NCBI GenBank assembly: GCA_964558195.1
Contig: CAZLCB010000001.1
Coordinates: 1-60,298 of the forward strand
Length of the DNA stretch: 60,298 nucleotides
Source of the DNA: an uncultured Gammaproteobacteria bacterium
GTDB taxonomy: Bacteria; Patescibacteriota; Microgenomatia; UBA12405
Direction of reading: 5' to 3'
Both the position numbers and the translations under genes were made by a program. Below, piece by piece: positions 37,019 to 46,322 of this stretch. Under the pieces are notes generated by a model that did not search any database, had not been told where the DNA came from, and saw only the letters and a list, made by a program, of their open reading frames with translations. Position 1 is the stretch's first letter. Every line of letters begins with the position of its first letter.

Positions 37019-38366
37019 CCGTTTTAATCTTAGCAATTTTTTTACCAGAAACGGATAATCTAGAATCGACTCTTTCCATGTCACGAGGGAAAAGACTGGC
37101 TTGGCGAACATTTTCTAAACCTAAAATATTTTGAGTAATTCGTTCGAGACCAATAGCAAAACCACCTTCTGGGGGCATGCCATATTTAAATGCTTGACCA
37201 TAGGGAAGTTCGAAATCGGCTGGATTTTGACCTCGAGAAATAATTTTTTCTTGAAGTTGTTGGTAATCATGAATACGTTGACCACCACTAATCCATTCAA
37301 CACCACAACCGATTAAATCGAAGGTTAAAGTTTCTTCGGGATTCTTTGGATCAGCATAAGAATACCAGGCTCGTTTTTTGGTATAAAAATGAGTAATAAA
37401 AACTAAATCACTACCATATTTTTCTCGAGACCAACGACAAATTTCGCGTTCCCCTTCTGGGTCCATGTCAGGTTCATTACGAACATCGCGACCTGTTCTT
37501 TCGAAGATTAATTGTAGAGCATCTTTAAGTTTTATAGTTGGAGTATTTTCTACTGTTTGAGGGATAGAAACTCCATATTCATCAAGAATGTTTTGATGTT
37601 TTTCGGAGATAGCTTTGAATATTGATTTAACCACGTTATCGGCAGTTTTTAAAACTTCAGTCCAATCATCTATAAAACCCATTTCAACATCAAGACCAAC
37701 ATATTCGGTAAGATGGCGAGTGGTGACTGATGGTTCAGCTCGATAAGCATGGGCAACTGTAAAGACTCTTTCAAAAATAGAGGTAAGGATTTGTTTGTAT
37801 AATTGTGGGCTTTGAGCTAAATAGGCTCGGTAACCAAAGTAATCGATAGGAAAAACTTCGGATCCACCTTCAGTAGAACCAGCAACAATAGTAGGAATAA
37901 AAATTTCTGTAAAACCAATTTGATTAAGGCATTCTCTAAAAGCTTGGACTATGGTAGCCTGAACTTTAAAAACATCCTGGATTTTTTGATTACGAAGAGA
38001 TAATGAACGGTTATCTAAAATAACAGGGAGGGTAGTTTTGATATCTGCTTGGCGAATATCAAAAGGCAACTCAGCAGCTTTGGATAAAACGTTAACTAAT
38101 TCGACTTCAATTTCAATTTTCCCAGTAATTAATTTGTCATTAAAATATTTTTCATTGCGACTACGAATAGTACCAGTAATTTCGACTACCGATTCGTCTT
38201 TTAATGAACCAATTTCTGGACCACCAACAACTTGAATAAGACCAGAGCGATCGCGAATATCAGCAAAAGCTAACTTACCGTAGCTTCTAACACTATTCAC
38301 CCACCCTTTGATAGTAACTTTTTCACCTACCTTAGTGGTACATTCTGCATTTAATATTCTAGTCAT
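36987..38366 (-). CDS. aspS: Aspartate--tRNA ligase, archaeal/type-2 form, with a Lys-rich C-terminal extension
   Basis: OB fold GWVNSVRSYGKLAFADIRDRSGLIQVV. Class II motifs are present (FRAEPS.TTRHLTEY, GLDVEM, GFAIGLER). Confidence 0.9.
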   Translation of the reverse strand: MTRILNAECTTKVGEKVTIKGWVNSVRSYGKLAFADIRDRSGLIQVVGGPEIGSLKDESVVEITGTIRSRNEKYFNDKLITGKIEIEVELVNVLSKAAELPFDIRQADIKTTLPVILDNRSLSLRNQKIQDVFKVQATIVQAFRECLNQIGFTEIFIPTIVAGSTEGGSEVFPIDYFGYRAYLAQSPQLYKQILTSIFERVFTVAHAYRAEPSVTTRHLTEYVGLDVEMGFIDDWTEVLKTADNVVKSIFKAISEKHQNILDEYGVSIPQTVENTPTIKLKDALQLIFERTGRDVRNEPDMDPEGEREICRWSREKYGSDLVFITHFYTKKRAWYSYADPKNPEETLTFDLIGCGVEWISGGQRIHDYQQLQEKIISRGQNPADFELPYGQAFKYGMPPEGGFAIGLERITQNILGLENVRQASLFPRDMERVDSRLSVSGKKIAKIKTDGKKNNKPKK

Positions 38367-38375
38367 AGGTGTATT

Positions 38376-39974
38376 TTACGATAGAAAGTCTTTGACGACA
38401 AGTTGGGGAGAAGTGTAACCATTCCAAATATTTAAACTAAGGTTAGCGGTAAAGTCGATAAGGTCACCGACTTTTATTTTTGAATCATAGTCCCCTTTTT
38501 TGAAGGCAATAGTATCTATCATAGAATCGCCTACTTTTAATTTGAGATGATCACCTGTGGAGCCGAGAAGACGTTTTTCGACAACCCGAACTTGTTTGAA
38601 TAAAAATACCGGGTCAGGATTGCCAATACCGAATGGTTCAAGTTTTTTGATAAGACGACAATTTTTGACAGTGACAGCATTTAATTTCATTTGAGCATCA
38701 ATAAATTTTTCGGGTTTAAGTTCGCAATTGGCTAATTTTTGATTAACAAACTTGGTTATTTGTGCTTTCATTATTCCTATCTTCTTAGTTTTGATACTAA
38801 AACCAGCAGCACCGGCATGACCACCTAAGTCAATAAAAAGATCAGAAAATTGGCGTAAAGTTTCAATAATATTTAATTCTTTTATGGATCGACAAGAACC
38901 TTTGGAAATCTCGTCATCAACACTAATAACAATTGAAGGTAAATAATATTTTTCAGTAAGGCGACCAGCGATTAAACCAATAACTCCAGGATGAAAAGAA
39001 GCATCGGCAATAAAAAGAAGTTTATCTTTGGGATTAATATTTTTCTCGGCTAAAACTAGACTTTCTTGTTGAAGAATTTGACGTTCTTTGTTGTAACCAT
39101 CTAAAATAGAGACAAATTTATTGGCTTGCTGAGGCGTTTGACTACACAAAAGACGTAAGGCATCAATAGGATTGGATAAACGACCAACAGCATTAATTCT
39201 TGGTCCAAGAGTAAAACCTAAATCGTAAGTAGTGAGTGAATCTTGCTTGGAACCGCTGGTTTGAATTAATTTTTTGATACCATGATTTGGTTGAAGACGA
39301 AGAGATTGAAGTCCATGATAGACAATATTACGATTAACAGTATTAAGTGGCATACAGTCAGTAACAGCACCGAGAGCAGCTAAACCCAAGTCACTGGACT
39401 TGTCGATTTGAGAGGCAACTAACCAAGAAAGAACGGAACCGGAAGTAAGAGTAGAATGAACTGTAGAAATTTCTTTGGGTAAAAAATTATCGGCAACGTG
39501 ATGATCAATAACCACAATTTGAGTACCGGATTTAAGAATTTTTTCTAATTCTTTGCCAGCAACAATACCATTGTCGACAGTAATGAGTAAATCAAAATGA
39601 AGTTTTTTTTCGGTTTGAATGCGGAAAAACGAATCAGCCTTGATACCGTAACCATCTGTTTCTCTGTCGGGAACAAAAGGTAAAACTTTGGCACCTTGCT
39701 GATATAAAACCTGCCACAAAATAGCGGTGGCAGTAATACCATCGACATCATAGTCACCATAGATCAAAATTTGACTGTCTTTTTTGATATGATCCTGAAT
39801 AATTTCGACAGCTTGACAGAGAGATTTTTGATTAACGCCAAAATTTTTAGGCTCAAGTTTTTGAGGGTTTACGGGTTTTAGGAAACTGTCAGCATCTTTT
39901 TGGCTGATTTGACGGTTTTTTAGGAGTAATTTTAAAATTTCGGTTTCTGAGGTGGAATGGTCAATACAAAGCAT
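38376..39974 (-). CDS. recJ: Single-stranded-DNA-specific exonuclease RecJ
   Basis: DHH family motifs are present (GDYDVDGIT, DNG, VIDHH) together with the GGHAGAAG DHHA1 motif. Confidence 0.9.
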   Translation of the reverse strand: MLCIDHSTSETEILKLLLKNRQISQKDADSFLKPVNPQKLEPKNFGVNQKSLCQAVEIIQDHIKKDSQILIYGDYDVDGITATAILWQVLYQQGAKVLPFVPDRETDGYGIKADSFFRIQTEKKLHFDLLITVDNGIVAGKELEKILKSGTQIVVIDHHVADNFLPKEISTVHSTLTSGSVLSWLVASQIDKSSDLGLAALGAVTDCMPLNTVNRNIVYHGLQSLRLQPNHGIKKLIQTSGSKQDSLTTYDLGFTLGPRINAVGRLSNPIDALRLLCSQTPQQANKFVSILDGYNKERQILQQESLVLAEKNINPKDKLLFIADASFHPGVIGLIAGRLTEKYYLPSIVISVDDEISKGSCRSIKELNIIETLRQFSDLFIDLGGHAGAAGFSIKTKKIGIMKAQITKFVNQKLANCELKPEKFIDAQMKLNAVTVKNCRLIKKLEPFGIGNPDPVFLFKQVRVVEKRLLGSTGDHLKLKVGDSMIDTIAFKKGDYDSKIKVGDLIDFTANLSLNIWNGYTSPQLVVKDFLS

Positions 39975-39985
39975 AGATAGTCAAT

Positions 39986-40015
39986 TTTACACATTTTTGG
40001 GAAATATGTTATATA
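39986..40015 (+). promoter_or_regulatory. Possible promoter of the RRM protein gene
   Basis: TTTACA (39986-39991), 18-nt spacer, TATATA (40010-40015). This would give a ~90-nt leader. Confidence 0.3.
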
Positions 40016-40111
40016 CTATTCATTAGTTCCTAAAGGTAGCCAACTTTTGGGAGCGAGGTTCAAACCTGTTATATTTTATTAAGGTATTTAAGGAGTTTTT
40101 AAAAAAAACAC

Positions 40112-40372
40112 ATGGCAAAAAAATTATTTGTAGGCAATCTTCCTTTTGCAATGGCTGATGCTGATTTGAATTCAATCTTTTCAGCTTACGGTGCTGTAAC
40201 TTCAGCAAACGTAGTCATTGATAAATTCTCTAAGAGAAGCAAAGGCTTCGGTTTCGTTGAATTCGAAAACGATGAAGATGCTGCTAAAGCTATGGAAGCT
40301 CTCAATAACTCTGAACAGATGGGTAGAAATATCGCTGTAAAAGAAGCTTTACCAAAGCCAGATCGTCAATAA
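40112..40372 (+). CDS. Single-RRM RNA-binding protein (Rbp-like)
   Basis: KLFVGNLPF (RNP-2) and KGFGFVEF (RNP-1). 86 aa. Confidence 0.9.
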   Translation: MAKKLFVGNLPFAMADADLNSIFSAYGAVTSANVVIDKFSKRSKGFGFVEFENDEDAAKAMEALNNSEQMGRNIAVKEALPKPDRQ

Positions 40373-40396
40373 ACTAAATAAAAACGATTTATAGAA

Positions 40397-40422
40397 CCCT
40401 CCAGGAAACTGGAGGGTTTTTT
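40397..40422 (+). terminator. Intrinsic terminator
   Basis: ccctccag GAAA ctggaggg forms a perfect 8-bp stem with a GAAA loop, followed by T6. Confidence 0.8.
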
Positions 40423-40433
40423 GGATCAAGACA

Positions 40434-40470
40434 TAATCTCCCCTCCCCCTCTTTGACAAGAGGGGTAAAA
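40434..40470. repeat. CCCTC...GAGGG palindromic element, intergenic copy
   Basis: taatctcccctccccctctttgacaagaggggtaaaa. Perfect 8-bp hairpin cccctctt/aagagggg spans 40446-40465. A further hairpin cccttt/aaaggg lies at 40483-40501. Confidence 0.65.
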
Positions 40471-40530
40471 AAAATATTTAAACCCTTTGCTTTAAAAAGG
40501 GCAACTTAAAATAAGGTAAAATAGAGGAGA

Positions 40531-41904
40531 ATGAAAGAATTAGTGATCCCAGAGAGGATTAAAAAAATTATTGCTAAGTTTCACGAAAATAAAGCTGAGA
40601 TTTATATCGTCGGCGGGGCGGTTCGTGATCTTCTTTTGGGGCGAGAAGTAAACGATTGGGATTTTACCACTAATTTGACTCCAGAAGAAATGAAACAACT
40701 GTTTCCGAAAAATAGTTTTTATAATAATGCTTTTGGAACTTTGAGTATTGTAGAAAAGGATGGGGAAATTTTTGAAGTAACAACTTTTAGAACTGAAAGG
40801 GGTTATAGTGATGGTCGTCATCCAGATGAAATTAAATGGGGTAAAACCTTGACAGAAGATTTAGAAAGAAGAGACTTTACTATTAACGCGATGGCAATTA
40901 ATTTTAAACCCACTCTACCCTCCCTTAAAAAGGGAGGCTTTGACTCAGGAAATATTGAAATAATTGATTTGTTTGAAGGGCAAAAAGATTTAGAAAACAA
41001 ACTAATTAGAACTGTGGGTAACCCAGACGAGAGATTTGGTGAAGATGCATTGAGATTAATACGAGCAGTAAGAATTGCCGGACAAATAGGATTTAAAATT
41101 GAAGAAAAAACTTTGGAGTCGATTAAGAAAAATGCTCACTTAATTAAAAATATTGCCGGAGAAAGAATTCGGGATGAATTGTTTAAAATATTGTTATCCT
41201 CTACTCCATCAGAAGGAATTGAATTATTAAGAGAATCCGGATTGATGGCTGAAATTATGCCGGAATTGATTAATGGTGTAGGAATGACCCAAAAAGGACA
41301 TCATATTGATGACGTCTGGACACATAATTTAAAAGCTTTGGATAATTGCCAAAGTAATAATCCGGTAACCAGATTGGCGGCTTTGCTTCACGATGTAGGT
41401 AAACCAAAATCAATGCGGGATGATGGAAAAGAAAAAACATTTCACAATCATGAAGTTTATGGATCAAGAATTGCGGTTGAAATCGGTAAAAGATTGAAAT
41501 TATCAAATAAAGAATTGGATCAATTGTTTAGATTGGTGCGATGGCATATGTTTACAGTACAAGAAACTCAAACTGATAAGGCAGTGAGAAGATTTATTAG
41601 AAATGTAACATTGGATTATATTGATGAAATGATTGCTATGCGTCGAGCCGACAGATTAGGTAGTGGAGCTAAGGAGACTAGTTGGCGATGGGAATTATTT
41701 AAACAAAGAATTGTAGAGGTCCAGAAGCAGCCATTTGCAGTCAAAGACTTGAAAGTGAATGGCTTGGATGTAATGGAAATATTAGGAATAAAACCAGGGC
41801 CAAAGATCGGTGAGGTATTGAACAGTATTTTTAAAGAAGTGGAAGAAAAACCAGAATTAAATGACAGAGAAATTTTGTTAGAAAAAATTAAAAGTTTTAA
41901 ATAA
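40531..41904 (+). CDS. cca: CCA-adding enzyme (tRNA nucleotidyltransferase) with HD domain
   Basis: IVGGAVRDLLLG, RRDFTINAMA and LLHDVGKP motifs. Confidence 0.9.
   Translation: MKELVIPERIKKIIAKFHENKAEIYIVGGAVRDLLLGREVNDWDFTTNLTPEEMKQLFPKNSFYNNAFGTLSIVEKDGEIFEVTTFRTERGYSDGRHPDEIKWGKTLTEDLERRDFTINAMAINFKPTLPSLKKGGFDSGNIEIIDLFEGQKDLENKLIRTVGNPDERFGEDALRLIRAVRIAGQIGFKIEEKTLESIKKNAHLIKNIAGERIRDELFKILLSSTPSEGIELLRESGLMAEIMPELINGVGMTQKGHHIDDVWTHNLKALDNCQSNNPVTRLAALLHDVGKPKSMRDDGKEKTFHNHEVYGSRIAVEIGKRLKLSNKELDQLFRLVRWHMFTVQETQTDKAVRRFIRNVTLDYIDEMIAMRRADRLGSGAKETSWRWELFKQRIVEVQKQPFAVKDLKVNGLDVMEILGIKPGPKIGEVLNSIFKEVEEKPELNDREILLEKIKSFK
40908..40945. repeat. Related CCCTCCCTT...AAGGGAGG palindromic element inside the cca CDS
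   Basis: Hairpin cctccctt/aagggagg spans 40919-40937. It encodes KPTLPSLKKGGFDS in a loop after the NAMA motif. Confidence 0.55.
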
Positions 41905-41906
41905 AA

Positions 41907-42089
41907 ATGGAAATAAGACCTAGATCAGATTTCTTAATAAAAAAAGAAGAATTAGTAAAACCCGTTAAACCAATTGATGAAGCCGGAATGGGAAGTGTTC
42001 CATCTAAATTAAGGGAAGATAAATCGACTTTACCAGAAAAACAGAAAGACACAAAAAGATTCAGTCCTGAACTTTACCAAAAAGGTTGA
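41907..42089 (+). CDS. Small hypothetical protein
   Basis: 60-aa charged ORF starting 3 nt after the cca stop. Confidence 0.4.
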   Translation: MEIRPRSDFLIKKEELVKPVKPIDEAGMGSVPSKLREDKSTLPEKQKDTKRFSPELYQKG

Positions 42090-42090
42090 T

Positions 42091-43203
42091 TTATTTAATA
42101 AGATAACCTCTAACGGATGGACGACCTTTGTCGTTTACTCTCCTGAAGTAAGCACTATCACTTTCGCCAGGGTTGCGGGGAATTAAGACATCTAATCTAG
42201 TTTTACTATTAAAGCTCTTGCCACCCCTGTCTTTGACTGTCATAATGCCGTAACCTTCAAGATATATTTTGGTACCACAGGGATAGACATTGTTGGCAAC
42301 ATAAATTACTTCCTTAACACTGGTAATTTTGCCACCACAAGCCATATCGGCGTGGCCGCCATTTTCTATGGGTAAAGAAGTATAAAAAGTTAGATTAAAC
42401 GTTGTGTAAGTGATGGTTGGCGTTGGTGTTTTAGTTGGAGTCGGAGTTAAGGTTTTAGTCGGTGTTGGTGTATTAGTCGGTATTACTGGGTTAGGGTTAA
42501 TGATTTGTCCATCTTCTTTTTGAGATAATGATTCTTTAAGTAAAGAAGTATCAAAGGAGTTAACGACTCCATCCAAGTTAAGGTCTCCAGTTCTATTGCA
42601 GTTGATATCAGTTGAAGTATTAAGATTAGATTTAATTACAGAATAGTCTAGGGTATTAATCATACCGTCTTGATTGATGTCTCCCGGGATTAAGGAATAG
42701 TCTGAAAAATCATAAGTGGTGGTATTGGTATTAGTTAAGTCGATATCACAGGTGGTTACTTCATCCAATTTGCTACTTTGATTATTCAGACACATCCGTG
42801 AGGCTAGATGGAATGATCCTTTGACTCTGAGGTAATTAAAGGTATTAAGATTATTAAACTTAGAATCTAAGACTAGATTAGAGACTAAGAATACTTGATC
42901 ACCATCCTTATTGGTTTCATTAGAGATGGGAGTTAAAGATGCATTGATATCTGATTGAAAAGTATTGGTTGATTTATTAACTACTTCAGTTTTAATTTTA
43001 GTTAATGAAGTTAAACAAGTTGATGATGGTTTAACTCCTTTGAAAGCTACCTTAAAACTTACCTTGGAAGTACTGGTGTCCGTTGCCCGACTTCGATCAT
43101 CTTGACTTTGTTTAACTAAGTTAGTGGCTAAAGGCAGAGATAGAGCCAGAAAAGAGATTAATAGTAAGAGAGATAATTGGGAATTAAGTTCCGACTTATT
43201 CAT
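42091..43203 (-). CDS. Secreted protein with dockerin-like repeats, a Pro/Thr linker and a C-terminal 3D/DPBB (lytic transglycosylase-like) domain
   Basis: Signal peptide present. GDINQDGMINTLDYSVI and GDLNLDGVVNSFDTSLL are dockerin-like repeats. PTNTPTPTKTLTPTPTKTPTPT is the linker. The C-terminus has VKDRGG....RLDV. Confidence 0.65.
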   Translation of the reverse strand: MNKSELNSQLSLLLLISFLALSLPLATNLVKQSQDDRSRATDTSTSKVSFKVAFKGVKPSSTCLTSLTKIKTEVVNKSTNTFQSDINASLTPISNETNKDGDQVFLVSNLVLDSKFNNLNTFNYLRVKGSFHLASRMCLNNQSSKLDEVTTCDIDLTNTNTTTYDFSDYSLIPGDINQDGMINTLDYSVIKSNLNTSTDINCNRTGDLNLDGVVNSFDTSLLKESLSQKEDGQIINPNPVIPTNTPTPTKTLTPTPTKTPTPTITYTTFNLTFYTSLPIENGGHADMACGGKITSVKEVIYVANNVYPCGTKIYLEGYGIMTVKDRGGKSFNSKTRLDVLIPRNPGESDSAYFRRVNDKGRPSVRGYLIK

Positions 43204-43285
43204 TGATTATTGATGTTTATTAATTAATTCTAATGGATCTAAGAATTTTTGAAAGACTTATAGATTAATTAGATCATCAATATCC

Positions 43286-44152
43286 CTATTTGTTTTTTTT
43301 AGAATGATTTTTGAAAAAGAGAACGAGTGGTATAGCAACACCGATTGATGAATAGGTACCACAGACTACACCAATAAGAAGAGCGGTAGCAAACCAGCGA
43401 GTAGTAGTTCCACCAAGTAAAACTAGTGAAGTTAACATAAAAATAATGGTCATAGAATTATTAATAGATCTGGTTAATGTTTCAGTAATAGCTTCGTTGG
43501 CTAAAGAAACCCAATTTTTTTGAAAACTCTGGCGTTTAAGTTCACGAATGCGATCAAAGGTAACAACAGTATCGTGAACTGATGATGATAAAGTGGTTAG
43601 TAGGGCAGTAACAAATAACGAATCGAGCTCGGCACCAAAAAAATGTCCGAGTAAAGAAAAGCTGCCAACCAAGATAAATGTATCGTGAAGCATTGCTAAA
43701 ACTGCTCCAAGACCAAAAGAAATATCTTTAAACCGGCGACCAATAAATAAAAACAAAAACAGTGAAGAGAGAATAACAGCGGTGATGGTTTTTTTAAGTA
43801 GTTCTTTACCTAAAATAGGACCAATTGATTCGAATTTTTGTTCTTTATATTCGGAAAAACTTTCTTTTAATGTTTGATTTAAGGCTGTTTTTTGATCAAC
43901 TGTAATATCAGGAAATTTTAGAGAATAATTTTGGTTTCCAAGTGGAGTAATTTCTTTTAATTCCAGGTTGTTTTTAGAAAAAACTTCTTTTAATTTATCT
44001 TCGGAATAGTTAGGTAAGGTTAATTCCCAAGTAGTACCACCAGTAAAATCAATAGATAATTTAAATTTCCAAAAAATAATGGAAAATAGTGAAGAAATTA
44101 ATAAGATTAAAGAGAGACCAAAAAAAATTGGTCTTAGTTTCATGACGTTCAT
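43286..44152 (-). CDS. secF: Protein translocase subunit SecF
   Basis: 288 aa with IDFTGGT and an SSD-type six-TM domain. Confidence 0.9.
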   Translation of the reverse strand: MNVMKLRPIFFGLSLILLISSLFSIIFWKFKLSIDFTGGTTWELTLPNYSEDKLKEVFSKNNLELKEITPLGNQNYSLKFPDITVDQKTALNQTLKESFSEYKEQKFESIGPILGKELLKKTITAVILSSLFLFLFIGRRFKDISFGLGAVLAMLHDTFILVGSFSLLGHFFGAELDSLFVTALLTTLSSSVHDTVVTFDRIRELKRQSFQKNWVSLANEAITETLTRSINNSMTIIFMLTSLVLLGGTTTRWFATALLIGVVCGTYSSIGVAIPLVLFFKNHSKKNK

Positions 44153-44155
44153 AAG

Positions 44156-45529
44156 TTACTTTTTAATTTTTTCTTTAATAAAAACACGTAAGAGATTGCG
44201 AGTGACAAAGACACCAGTAAAGATACCAATAAAAATACCTAAAATAAGAGTTAAGGCAAAGCCTCGAACCATACCAGAGGTGCTTAAAAATGACCAATTG
44301 AATGGATTAAATAAAATAAAACCGGTAATGATAGTACAAGTATTGGCATCCTTGATAGAATCCCAAGCCCGACCAAAAGCTGATTCTAAGCTTATATTCC
44401 AATCTTTACCTTTGCGTGTTTCCTCTTTGAATCTTTCAAAAATTAAAATATTACTATCGACAGCCATACCAATGGAAAGAATAAAACCAACTATACCAGG
44501 GAAAGTTAACGTGACCGGTATAAGACGATAGAGACTAAGGGTAATAAGACCATAAATAATTAAACCAATATCAGCAACTAAGCCGAGTTTGCCGTAATTA
44601 GCAATCATGAAAAGAGAGACTAAAACCAAACCAACAACACCGGCTAAAATACCTCTATTAAGGGAATCTTGACCTAAAGTAGCGCCGACCTGAGATTGTT
44701 GGATTAATTTAATAGGTAAGGGTAAAGCACCAGCATTGAGTTGGATTGATAAATTTTTGGCTGATTGAGAAGTGAAACTACCACTAATAGATGCCTTACC
44801 TTCGGTAATTACTGAGTTAACTGTGGGAGCAGTTAGTAATTGACCATCTAATAAAATAGCAATTCTTTTGTTTTGAAATTCTTTGGTGGCTTGGGCAAAT
44901 AGTTTTGAACCATCTTCGTTAAACTCTAGACTAACTTCTGGTTGGGAGTTGTTAGGATTAATTTCGACTGAAGAAATCTTTAGATGAGATCCGTTGATAT
45001 TAGTATCTTTAAGTGATTTTTCGAATTCAGCTGAAGAGGTAGCCTCAGTGAATAAAGTATCATCAGCAACGCCATAAAAATTTAACTGAGCAGTAGTACC
45101 AATAAGTTCAATAGCATCGTTCATATTTTCGACACCAGGGAGATCGACTTGTAAACGATATTTATCTTGTTGTTTGTTTATTTGAACAGCGGTTTCACTA
45201 ACCCCAAAGAGATTGATACGACGCTCAATTTTGCTTTTGAGCGACTCTAAAGCTTTGGGTAAATTTTCTGAACTAACACCACTAGTATTAATATCAAAAA
45301 GAAGTGAAGACCCTCCGGCTAAATCAAGACCATACTTGAGTTCGACATTTTTAATAAAAGGAACGGGCCCAATTTTAGAAAGATCTGGCCGATAGAAAGT
45401 GTGTTCCCAGTTTATATTTTTAAAATTAATTTTAATCGGTAAAGTTTTAGGGAAATTTAACAGACCACAAAACAAAGTTAATGCAATAATTACCCAAAAA
45501 ATCCTGATGGTTTTTTTATTTTTGGTCAT
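44156..45529 (-). CDS. secD: Protein translocase subunit SecD
   Basis: 457 aa with LGLDLAGG and a periplasmic P1 domain. The C-terminal TM bundle contains AVDSNILIFER. Confidence 0.9.
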   Translation of the reverse strand: MTKNKKTIRIFWVIIALTLFCGLLNFPKTLPIKINFKNINWEHTFYRPDLSKIGPVPFIKNVELKYGLDLAGGSSLLFDINTSGVSSENLPKALESLKSKIERRINLFGVSETAVQINKQQDKYRLQVDLPGVENMNDAIELIGTTAQLNFYGVADDTLFTEATSSAEFEKSLKDTNINGSHLKISSVEINPNNSQPEVSLEFNEDGSKLFAQATKEFQNKRIAILLDGQLLTAPTVNSVITEGKASISGSFTSQSAKNLSIQLNAGALPLPIKLIQQSQVGATLGQDSLNRGILAGVVGLVLVSLFMIANYGKLGLVADIGLIIYGLITLSLYRLIPVTLTFPGIVGFILSIGMAVDSNILIFERFKEETRKGKDWNISLESAFGRAWDSIKDANTCTIITGFILFNPFNWSFLSTSGMVRGFALTLILGIFIGIFTGVFVTRNLLRVFIKEKIKK

Positions 45530-45531
45530 AA

Positions 45532-45723
45532 TTATTTTTGTTGGGAAATAAGGGATAATTGACGTGGGTGGCCAGAGAATGAGTAGGTAATACTAGCTTT
45601 AGAATGATTAATTTTTATAGAGACCGGGTCGCCTTCTTTAATATTAAAATCCTTAATAGATTTTGATGGAATAGTGAGGGCTAAACTATTACCAGTTTTG
45701 ATAACTTTTCTGATTTGAGTCAT
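45532..45723 (-). CDS. AbrB/MazE/SpoVT-family DNA-binding protein
   Basis: KVIKTGNSLALTIPSKSIKDFNIKEGDPV matches the swapped-hairpin barrel motif. Confidence 0.7.
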   Translation of the reverse strand: MTQIRKVIKTGNSLALTIPSKSIKDFNIKEGDPVSIKINHSKASITYSFSGHPRQLSLISQQK

Positions 45724-46317
45724 TTAAAGATTATTAATTTCCTGGCAGCTCCCTATTATAGCAATAGGATTACTCAAGAAAAAGTCAACAATAAATTGAT
45801 CCCGTTTTTGACGGCGAAGATTAAATTCCCCTTTACCCATAACCATATAGTTAATTTCATGACCCCGAACTGATTCTTCTTGTTTAATTAGACTTTCAAT
45901 TTCACGAATTGAGACATCACCAACAATAACTAAATCAATATCATCGGCTTTTCTTTTTTCGCCGGTCATAAATTTATAATTGTAAAAAACTAATTTAATT
46001 GAACCAAGAGTTTCGTTTTTGTTTTGAAGTTTAAGACCAAGACCATTAGATTGATTGGCGATTATTAATAAATCGGTAAAAAGTGACGACTGTTTGTCGG
46101 CCCAATAATAAAGACGATTACCTCGCCATTCAGAAGAAATAAGACCGCTTTTTTGAAGGTTGTTTAATTCGCGACGAACAGAGTTGATCTCCTCATCAAT
46201 TAAGCGAACTAACTGACGGACATAAAAAATTTCGCCCGGATGATAGAACAAAACATTGATAATCTTGATTCTGGTTTGAGAAACAAAGAGATGTTTGAGA
46301 CTGTTCTGAATTTTCAT
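45724..46317 (-). CDS. Winged-helix (ArsR-like) regulator with a C-terminal nucleotidyltransferase-like domain
   Basis: FYVRQLVRLIDEEINSVRRELNNLQKSGLI is the wHTH segment. The C-terminus has DIDLVIVGD. Confidence 0.6.
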   Translation of the reverse strand: MKIQNSLKHLFVSQTRIKIINVLFYHPGEIFYVRQLVRLIDEEINSVRRELNNLQKSGLISSEWRGNRLYYWADKQSSLFTDLLIIANQSNGLGLKLQNKNETLGSIKLVFYNYKFMTGEKRKADDIDLVIVGDVSIREIESLIKQEESVRGHEINYMVMGKGEFNLRRQKRDQFIVDFFLSNPIAIIGSCQEINNL

Positions 46318-46322
46318 AAAAA

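Noticed and set aside
40056-40067. AGGTTCAAACCT T-loop-like motif upstream of the RRM gene, considered as a possible tRNA.
   Set aside because: No acceptor, D or anticodon arms can be built around it. It is more likely a small hairpin in the 5' leader.
45532-46317. AbrB/MazE-like protein plus wHTH-nucleotidyltransferase-like protein, considered as a toxin-antitoxin or MNT-HEPN defence pair.
   Set aside because: No HEPN, PIN, MazF or other toxin domain is recognisable in either protein or nearby. The pair sits in a secDF housekeeping context, so there is insufficient evidence.
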